A DNA stretch of 64,000 nucleotides from a virus. The position numbers and the translations under genes were made by a program. The stretch lies in the IMG/VR virus record IMGVR_UViG_3300042465_004839, positions 1 through 64,000 of that record. One strand, 5' to 3'. The notes under the pieces are model-generated. The model did no database searches. It was not told the origin of the DNA and saw only the letters and a program-made list of their open reading frames with translations. Below, piece by piece: positions 28,747 to 36,510 of the stretch (position 1 is the first letter of the stretch; the number at the start of each line of letters is the position of its first letter).

Positions 28747-30479
28747 ATGTATTGTCTTTGTTCGATGGTTGTTCGTGCGGAAGACAAGCTCTTGAGAGAG
28801 CAGGAATAGAAGTAAATCAGTACTTTGCATCTGAAATTGATAAGTACGCTATTCAAGTTACAATGGCTAACTATCCAGACACAATTCAGTTAGGTAGTGT
28901 AGTAAATGTTGATGGAAAGTCATTACCAAAGATAGAATTGCTACTTGGAGGATCCCCATGCACCAATTTTTCATTTGCAGGTAAACGTAAGGGTATGTCT
29001 ACTAAAGATGAGCAAGAAATATTAACTTTAGAGCATTACTTACAGTTAAAAACTGAAGGATTTGAGTTTGAGGGTCAGTCTTACCTATTTTGGGAGTATA
29101 TGAGGCTACTAAATGAGGTAAAACCTACATACTTTCTTCTTGAAAACGTAGAAATGGGTGAAAAATGGGAAAAAGTACTAAGTAAAGCCATTGGGTACAA
29201 CGGAATTCATATAAATTCTGCATTAGTGTCAGCTCAGAACCGTAAAAGAATCTACTGGACAAATATTGGTATGCAACCTGCTGGATTATTTGGTGATTTA
29301 GAGTCTATTATTCAGCAACCTAAAGATAGGGGTATACTTTTAAAGGATATTTTACAAGATAATCCAAATGCTAAGTACTATATTTCCTCAAAAATGGAGG
29401 AGCATTTAAACTCAAGAGATTCTGTTAAAATAAAAAATGGTGAAGATAAAAGTGGTACAATTACTACAAATGGTGAGGGCAAACAAGGCAATAACTCTAC
29501 ATTTATTTGTCAAGAAGTTGATGAAAAGTATTTTTTAAGTGAAAGTCTAATAAGTAAGCTTCATGTATACAACCAAAGACAGATTGATAACGGCAATGGG
29601 TTTATGGCTAAATTTAGAGATACAAATGTAGTTGAAAAGATGGACTGTATAAAAATTGGTGGTGGGATGAAGGATGACTTAATAGTTCACAACACAATGC
29701 CACGCTCATCAACTACAGGAAAGGGTGGTACTGGTCCGTTAAGTAGAAATGATGGTAAAACATACTGCTTAGACACAAAGAATACCAATGCATTAGAGAT
29801 TGTATGTGGTCAGTTAGGCTACGATAAGCCATTTGAAGAAAACGATAAGGCTCAAGCACTACTACAAAGAGATTACAAGGGTATGAGTAACTACGGAATT
29901 AATGTAGTGGTAAATGCAAATGGGGCTAAAGAACAGGTAGTAGGTAGGAAAGCTCAAGAAGATGGAACTTACAAAAGAGAGTACGAGGTTTCAAATGATG
30001 AAAAGGCTAAAACATTGGAAACAAACAAACAAAAAAACAATGTTGTGATTAGAGAAATAAAACAAATAAGCCAAAACAACAAGTCAAATGGTGGCACTCA
30101 GCCTTACCAACAGGATAGAGTATACGATGTTGATGGCATAAGTCCTGCACTAACAAGTCAACTGCCTAAAGGAAGTTCTATGATTTATTTAAATGAAAAT
30201 CAACAAAAAAAATTTAACCCAAACATAGATTCAGATAAAGCCAATACACTTACACTTGCTATAGGAAGAGCAGGTAGCAGTAGTGAGTATATGGACTCTG
30301 TTTCTAAAATAGCTAATATCACATCAAGAATTAGAAGACTTACCCCAGTAGAGTGTGAAAGATTACAGACAGTTGCAGACAATTATACTGCACACGTTTC
30401 AGATTCTCAGAGGTACAAGATGCTTGGAAATGGTTGGACGATTTCAGTTATAGCCCACATATTTAGTTACATAAAATAA
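28731..30479 (+). CDS. C5 cytosine DNA methyltransferase with expanded variable region
   Basis: LSLFDG (I), GGSPC (IV), ENV (VI), QNRKR (VIII), RRLTPVECERLQ (IX), LGNGW (X). Confidence 0.93.
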   Translation: MENKINVLSLFDGCSCGRQALERAGIEVNQYFASEIDKYAIQVTMANYPDTIQLGSVVNVDGKSLPKIELLLGGSPCTNFSFAGKRKGMSTKDEQEILTLEHYLQLKTEGFEFEGQSYLFWEYMRLLNEVKPTYFLLENVEMGEKWEKVLSKAIGYNGIHINSALVSAQNRKRIYWTNIGMQPAGLFGDLESIIQQPKDRGILLKDILQDNPNAKYYISSKMEEHLNSRDSVKIKNGEDKSGTITTNGEGKQGNNSTFICQEVDEKYFLSESLISKLHVYNQRQIDNGNGFMAKFRDTNVVEKMDCIKIGGGMKDDLIVHNTMPRSSTTGKGGTGPLSRNDGKTYCLDTKNTNALEIVCGQLGYDKPFEENDKAQALLQRDYKGMSNYGINVVVNANGAKEQVVGRKAQEDGTYKREYEVSNDEKAKTLETNKQKNNVVIREIKQISQNNKSNGGTQPYQQDRVYDVDGISPALTSQLPKGSSMIYLNENQQKKFNPNIDSDKANTLTLAIGRAGSSSEYMDSVSKIANITSRIRRLTPVECERLQTVADNYTAHVSDSQRYKMLGNGWTISVIAHIFSYIK

Positions 30480-30487
30480 AAAATACT

Positions 30488-31306
30488 ATGAAAAATAAAG
30501 TAAAGAGAGAAGCTCCAATGACAAAATTGGAAATTAGAAGTTTAAGTGAAGAAGAAAAAGAAAAAATGTTAATGAATGTACGAATAGCCTTAGTAGGCTT
30601 TCACGCAACCTTAAAAGCATCAAAACATTTAGCAGACTTCATTCAGTACCATAAACTTATGCTTAATCATAAAACAGTAAAGCTGATTAAAGATGCATTT
30701 GTAGAGCAAGACTACCTATGCACAATATTAGACAAGGCATTTGACGAAAGTAAGGACTTAGACGCTCAACACATAGCAAATCAGAAAGAAGCAAGCTATG
30801 AAATACTAGAAGCTATTGAAGAAAAGTGTAAGGAGTACCTTGAAACGGAAATGGGATTTAAAATAGTACAAGAAACAATTGGATAAAAATATGAACATTA
30901 GACACGCAGTAATAAAAACCTACGACAATAGGTACGAGTACTTCCTTGAAAAACATGAGGATAACTACGAGTTCAGAGAAGAAACTAACGGAAAAGTAAC
31001 CCATCAAGAGTACAGAAGTAGTAACTCCGATGCAGTAGAACTCTTTGATGAGTACATTCTTGCTGTAAAAGGTGCTTTAGTAAGTATGGAAATAAACTTT
31101 AGACAGACAGATTAATTATGATAGTAACCATACACCAGCAAGGAAACTACGAAACAAGTGATGGCTACGAACTAATTATAAAAGATATTTGGTACGGATC
31201 ATCACCAAGAGTAGAGTTTGTAGTAAAAGGAAAACTATTCTCAAGGACTCGTGAACAGTTTGAACAGGCTATCAGAGAAGGAAAAGTAATAAAACTGATA
31301 AATTAA
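30488..31306 (+). other. Three small hypothetical genes (30488-30886, 30879-31115, 31118-31306)
   Basis: Abutting ORFs continuing the operon. Confidence 0.55.
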
Positions 31307-31369
31307 AAAAATTTAATTAGTTACTGTCCAACCAATTTTTAACTTTGTGAAATCAAAACAAACATAATT

Positions 31370-32041
31370 ATGAATAAATACATCACATACTTCAGAGTAA
31401 GTACAAAAGAGCAAGGACAGAGTGGCTTAGGATTAGCTGCCCAAGAACAAATGGTTCTACCCATCACCAACAACGGAATAGTAGTGGCATCATTTACAGA
31501 AGTAGAGTCAGGAAACAAGTCTAACCGTAAAGAGTTAGAAAAGGCTATCAATACCTGTAAACAACATAACGCCATACTCCTCGTAGCAAAACTTGATAGA
31601 CTATCTCGTAACGTACACTTCATTAGTACACTTATGGAAAGTAAAGTACAGTTCAAGTGTGCCGATGCCCCAGAGATGGACTCATTCACCGTACACATAT
31701 TCTCAGCTCTCGCAGAAAGAGAACGTAAAATGATTTCCGACAGAACCAAAGGCGCACTACAAAGCATCAAAAGAATCATTGACAGAGATGGTGAGTACAC
31801 CACTAAAGCAGGTAGAGTAATATCTACTCTCGGTAACGGTCTACTACAAAACAAAGAAACTGCCAAAAAACAAATGGCGTACGTTGCATCCCACAGAGTA
31901 TACCAAAAAAAGTCTAACATAGGTCTTGCCCTCGTACAGTCACTATCACAAAATGGTGTTCCCAAGAAAGATATTAAACAAAAACTTGCCGATAACGGTA
32001 TTAACGTGTCACTACAAACAATATATAAATATGCAAAATAA
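31370..32041 (+). CDS. Serine recombinase (resolvase/invertase family)
   Basis: YFRVSTKEQ (catalytic Ser), ESG, KLDRLSR, AERERKMISDRTK; C-terminal HTH-like; own promoter at 31310-31347. Confidence 0.93.
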   Translation: MNKYITYFRVSTKEQGQSGLGLAAQEQMVLPITNNGIVVASFTEVESGNKSNRKELEKAINTCKQHNAILLVAKLDRLSRNVHFISTLMESKVQFKCADAPEMDSFTVHIFSALAERERKMISDRTKGALQSIKRIIDRDGEYTTKAGRVISTLGNGLLQNKETAKKQMAYVASHRVYQKKSNIGLALVQSLSQNGVPKKDIKQKLADNGINVSLQTIYKYAK

Positions 32042-32042
32042 A

Positions 32043-32219
32043 ATGAGCAAACAAACAGCAGTTAAATTCTCAATGTACCAATGGTTAATTGGAAACAAAA
32101 GAAAGTATTGCAATTCGTGTAATCAAATACAATATCATTCTTGCGACCAATTAAGAGGCTACACTTGCAAATGTGGCGCTAATAAAATAATGGATTACTT
32201 TTTAGAAAAATATAAATAA
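32043..32219 (+). CDS. Small Zn-ribbon protein (start revised to 32043)
   Basis: MSKQTAV...CNSC...C...CKC. Confidence 0.5.
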   Translation: MSKQTAVKFSMYQWLIGNKRKYCNSCNQIQYHSCDQLRGYTCKCGANKIMDYFLEKYK

Positions 32220-32222
32220 ATT

Positions 32223-32705
32223 ATGAGCAAACAAACAGCAAAATATATAATACCGCACATGACATTATCCATTGATGGTAGTTTATATAACCACAAAACA
32301 AAAAAATTTAAAAAGTGGACAAAAGATACTAATGGTTATATGAAAACACAAATTTGGGTTGGCGGAAAACCAAAAAACGTACATCAACATAGATTACTTG
32401 CTCAAGAATTTATTAATAACTCAAAAAATAAAAAGCAAGTAAATCATATTAATGGTATTAAGCATGATAATAGAATAGAAAATCTTGAATGGGTTACTCA
32501 ATCTGAAAATGGGTTACATTCATTTGCTAATGGATTGCAAAAAGTTACAAAACCTTGTAAAAAAGTAATTGATACTAGTAATAATAAAATTTATGATAGT
32601 GTAACAGAAGCAGCTAAACATAATGGAATATCAAGAAGTCATTTATCTAATATGCTTACAGGTAAATTTAATAATAAAACAACACTTAAATTATATGGAA
32701 AATAA
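32223..32705 (+). CDS. HNH homing endonuclease with NUMOD1-like tail
   Basis: HRLLA...VNHINGIKHDNRIENLEWVT...YDSVTEAAK. Confidence 0.88.
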   Translation: MSKQTAKYIIPHMTLSIDGSLYNHKTKKFKKWTKDTNGYMKTQIWVGGKPKNVHQHRLLAQEFINNSKNKKQVNHINGIKHDNRIENLEWVTQSENGLHSFANGLQKVTKPCKKVIDTSNNKIYDSVTEAAKHNGISRSHLSNMLTGKFNNKTTLKLYGK

Positions 32706-33512
32706 ATCTATGACAGCAGTTGAATGGTTAGAGCAAGAATTTATTGCCCTACAAAATTATGGAGTAAATGAACTTGGATTATTTGCAAAAGCCAAAGAAA
32801 TGGAAAAGCAACAAATTATTGATGCTTGTAATCAAATAGAAGTAATTGGATTAGACTATGAATTGCCTGGAAAAAAATACTATAACCAAAATTTTAACAA
32901 ATAAATTATGACACCAAAAGAAAAAGCAGAAGAGTTAGTCAGAACGTATTATACTTGGGGAATTAATAAGGAAGGACAAACATTAAGTTGGTTAGAGGCT
33001 AAACAATGTGCATTAATTGCAGTAGAGGAGATATCAAAAGTGGTAAATGATATTTGGATGGATTCTTTTACAACAGGAGAATCTGATAATAAGTTTTATA
33101 ATTATTGGCAAGAAGTTAAAAAAGAAATAGAAAAAATATGAAAGTAGAAGTATTCAAAGACATCCTTAGCAGGATAAGAAAGGCAGACGCAGTTGTTAAC
33201 GTGCTGTACCCAATGGTAGATTTAACTAATGTAACGGACGATTATGTTAGCGTCATAGAGATGATGATGAAGTGTTATTACGGAGAAGACGCAGCAGAAT
33301 GGATTTCTTCTTACCTATACGATTTGAGAAACCATGATAATGCGTGGGCTTGGGATAAGGATGGTAAGGCTATATTAAACAATGAGGATGAGTTGTGGGC
33401 TTATTGCGAAGAACTGAAAATGAGCAAAAAGGATTATGAGCCAGCAGCTCCAATGACAGACGAACAGAGGGCAGAACTAATGGAGGAGATGAAGAAAGCA
33501 TTTTTAAATTAA
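32695..33512 (+). other. Three small hypothetical genes (32695-32904, 32908-33141, 33138-33512)
   Basis: TAVEWL...AKEMEKQQIIDA and MTPKEKAEEL...AKQCALIAVEE...YWQEVKKEIEK types, which recur in Bacteroidota phages (recognised from memory). Confidence 0.6.
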
Positions 33513-33545
33513 AAATATTTAATTAGGAAATTAATTTAGAATACC

Positions 33546-33644
33546 TAATTTTGCTCTTGTGTTTAGGAAATAGTTCTCATAATGCTATTCCTGATTAATT
33601 TGTTTTGTAATAAAATCCTTCAATTAATTTTGAGGGATTTTTTT
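33546..33644 (+). ncRNA. Candidate small RNA, about 90 nt
   Basis: TAATTTTG promoter 33546-53, hairpin AGGAAATAG/CTATTCCT, terminator 33612-33644, no ORF. Confidence 0.5.
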
Positions 33645-33660
33645 ATTTGAAATAAAGTAT

Positions 33661-33771
33661 TATATTTGCCCTGTTATAATGCGTGCGGCATAATAAAGAT
33701 ATTGAAAAATTCTCGTACACTTAGAGAAAATTTCAACTAAGCCTGATAGCCGCACGCTGTTGGGTTTTTTT
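33661..33771 (+). promoter_or_regulatory. Promoter + second three-hairpin leader with complementary loops and terminator
   Basis: TATATTTG 33661-68; hairpins 33674-96, 33702-36, 33739-67; T7. Confidence 0.7.
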
Positions 33772-34140
33772 ATGCCCAAAAATTAAGGTAATAATGGTCG
33801 GCACGAAAAAATGACAGCATTATTATTTAAAGCGATACTGTGAGGTATGTATAAATCGCAATCCCAGCTATAAAAGTAAAGGGAATACATTGGAGAATGG
33901 ACACTTCAAAAGTTGTACTTAAATTTGCAAACCCCATTTGTTTGTGATGCACCAAAGAGGGTTGCGGCTCGGGAAAATAGTCGTAATTTGAATAGTGAGT
34001 AGCCAAAGAGTTTAACACCTCTAAGGCTACCGCTATGCACATGGTAAGGATTGCTCTCAAAAAAATAGTTAGTTATAGTATAGTTTAAGTTAAAAAAAAT
34101 TAATTAGAATCCTTTTAAACAATACTTTACCTTTGAACTT

Positions 34141-34323
34141 ATGGAAAACATAGAAGAATTAAAAAGAACAGCATTAGAAGTAGCTTTAAGAAGCAGAGAG
34201 TTTACTCAATTAGCACTGGAAACAAAAGATGCAATAGAAGAAGCAGACTCATTAGAAACTCTAAAAACTTGGTTTAAAGGTACGGTAAACGAATTAGGAT
34301 TAGACAAATATTTTGGATTTTAG
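34141..34323 (+). CDS. Small hypothetical protein (probably leaderless)
   Basis: TACCTTTG at 34128-35, ATG 5 nt later. Confidence 0.55.
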   Translation: MENIEELKRTALEVALRSREFTQLALETKDAIEEADSLETLKTWFKGTVNELGLDKYFGF

Positions 34324-34397
34324 GTTAACTAATTAACTAATATTAATGAATATTGAATCTAATATGTTATATTTGCAAATAAATTATATTTAATATT

Positions 34398-35012
34398 ATG
34401 GCTATACCATTAATTATACCGATAGTAGGAGCAGCAATGCAAGGTTTGGGTATGTTGGACTCTTATCAAAAAGCACAGGCACTTAGAGGCAAGGCTTCAC
34501 AATTAGCAAATCAACCACTTCCAGAGATAACTCCAACAGAGCAAACTAATGAGCAATTTAGAATGGCAACTGCTGGGGTAGCTAATCCACAAGGATATAG
34601 TGGAGCAGAAACTTCTAAATTTCAAAACAGAATGGCACAAATACTTGCTACACAACAATATAATGCTCAAAATATGGGCGGTGGAGGTAGAGCAATTGGG
34701 GCAATTGGTAATGCTAATGCTTTTAATGCAAATGCTGACTTTGCTGCTTCTGATGCAAATTTAAATAGAAGTCAAAAAAATATGGCTCAAAGCAGATTAG
34801 GTAGAGTAGTAGAGGATATTCAAAGAATGAAAAATCAACAAACTGCTTACTTACAAAATAGAAGACAGCAAACTGAACAAGCATTAGGAGCAGGTATAAG
34901 AAGTCAAGAAGATTACTTAAAAGGCACATTAATGAATATGGGTTCAGATATGCTATCGGCAGGATTGTATCCTAAATTAGGAACTACAACTACAACTACA
35001 ACAAAATTATAA
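34398..35012 (+). CDS. Internal virion/ejection protein (small)
   Basis: Hydrophobic Gly/Ala N-terminus, Q/A/N-rich helical body, first of the ejection-protein series. Confidence 0.6.
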   Translation: MAIPLIIPIVGAAMQGLGMLDSYQKAQALRGKASQLANQPLPEITPTEQTNEQFRMATAGVANPQGYSGAETSKFQNRMAQILATQQYNAQNMGGGGRAIGAIGNANAFNANADFAASDANLNRSQKNMAQSRLGRVVEDIQRMKNQQTAYLQNRRQQTEQALGAGIRSQEDYLKGTLMNMGSDMLSAGLYPKLGTTTTTTTKL

Positions 35013-35015
35013 ATT

Positions 35016-36506
35016 ATGGCAGAAGATGTAACTTTAGGGTTAGGAGGTATATTAGGCGAAAGCACTAATTTAAAACCACTAAATGATAGACCTTTTACAA
35101 AGGCAGCACAGGCAGAATTAACTTTAGGGTTAAAAGCAAAAGCTGATGAGGCTAAATTAGCTGCTGAAAAGGCTAAAATGGAAAAAGAATATGCAAATAT
35201 TATTAAACCTCCTGCAAATGTAGATAAAATTGGAGCAGATAGAATTAAGCAATTAACTATTAATGGATTAATGTCAGGAGCATTTAAAACTCAAATGGGT
35301 GCAATGTTAGGGCAACAAGAAATGAATAGAGAGCAAGAATATAGTGACCAATACCGAGAAATAAAAAAAAGTGCTGATGATATACTTTTAACGCCAGATG
35401 AAAGAACTGCTTTAAAAAATGATGATTATACTGCTATGAAGAAATTTTCAGAAAATCCTAATAGTAATATAGGATGGGATAAAGAATCTGGCAGACCATT
35501 TGTTAAAAAAATATTACCAGATGTTGATTTAAATGCCGAATACAAGAAATACTTGACATTTGGAAATGATGTTAAATTAGATGATACAAAAACAAAAATT
35601 GTTTATGATGTAAATGGACACGCAAGTACTGTAAAAAAAATAGCACCAGAAGTTGTTGACATGAAAATTGACGCACTTTTCAGTAATCCAAATTTTGCTC
35701 CGAACTATTTACATAAAAATAGAGAAAAAGTAGCTGTTGAATTACCTGCTGAACTTGCAAAAGTAGATGCAAGTAACCCTGAAGCAGTTGCCAAAGCAAC
35801 AAGCCTTGCAATTAAATCCGCAGTTAGAAAAGAATTAGACCCTATGTTTTATAAACAGGTAGATATTAAGGATAAACCTAAAAAAAGTGGTGGGTTAAAT
35901 TTTAATTTTGGTAGTGGAGGTACAATTGGAAGTAATGGTATTGAAATGAAACCTGACCCTAATGATAGTGGACTTATAAATATTAAAAAAACAGTTCAGC
36001 CGGGAAAAGACCCTGAAGTATTAAGTGCAATATTACTTGATAAAAATGGACAACCACATAATTTTGGTAAGATAGAAGCATACAGAAAAATAGGAAAAGA
36101 TAATTATAGGGTAATAGGATCAACTACAGAAAGTGGTACTGCTATTGCTAAGTCTATTGCAAATATTAGTGGAGAACAATTATCTAAATCAGTTGGAATG
36201 AGTAAAGATGCATTAGAACAATTTCCAGTTTCTTTTGAATATGATAAAGAAGTAGAGGCAAGAAATAAAAAGTTTGAAATATACTTTAAAAAACATCCAA
36301 CAACAAAAGGTAAACCTACTACTCAAGAATCATTATATGGAGATATAGATGTAACAAGATATATAGCATATAGCCCAACTACAGCAGCAAAAGCAACTAC
36401 AACAGCAAAGCCAACAGGTAAAACAATGACAAGTGCTGAATACAGAAAATTAACACCAACAGAAAGATCCGCATTTAAAACAAGCGGAGGTAAAGTAGAA
36501 GGATAA
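35016..36506 (+). CDS. Internal virion/ejection protein (medium)
   Basis: 496 aa, Lys/Ala-rich, between the small and giant ejection genes. Confidence 0.55.
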   Translation: MAEDVTLGLGGILGESTNLKPLNDRPFTKAAQAELTLGLKAKADEAKLAAEKAKMEKEYANIIKPPANVDKIGADRIKQLTINGLMSGAFKTQMGAMLGQQEMNREQEYSDQYREIKKSADDILLTPDERTALKNDDYTAMKKFSENPNSNIGWDKESGRPFVKKILPDVDLNAEYKKYLTFGNDVKLDDTKTKIVYDVNGHASTVKKIAPEVVDMKIDALFSNPNFAPNYLHKNREKVAVELPAELAKVDASNPEAVAKATSLAIKSAVRKELDPMFYKQVDIKDKPKKSGGLNFNFGSGGTIGSNGIEMKPDPNDSGLINIKKTVQPGKDPEVLSAILLDKNGQPHNFGKIEAYRKIGKDNYRVIGSTTESGTAIAKSIANISGEQLSKSVGMSKDALEQFPVSFEYDKEVEARNKKFEIYFKKHPTTKGKPTTQESLYGDIDVTRYIAYSPTTAAKATTTAKPTGKTMTSAEYRKLTPTERSAFKTSGGKVEG

Positions 36507-36510
36507 AAAT

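Noticed and set aside
31339-31965. Antisense ORFs such as 31339-31965, 38937-39329, 48665-49096, 53898-54311, 62111-62545 and 63235-63651
   Set aside because: Shadow frames of well-supported genes on the opposite strand.
33827-34060. 77-aa minus-strand ORF
   Set aside because: TTG start, no promoter or A-rich start context, atypical composition; better explained as a structured non-coding region.
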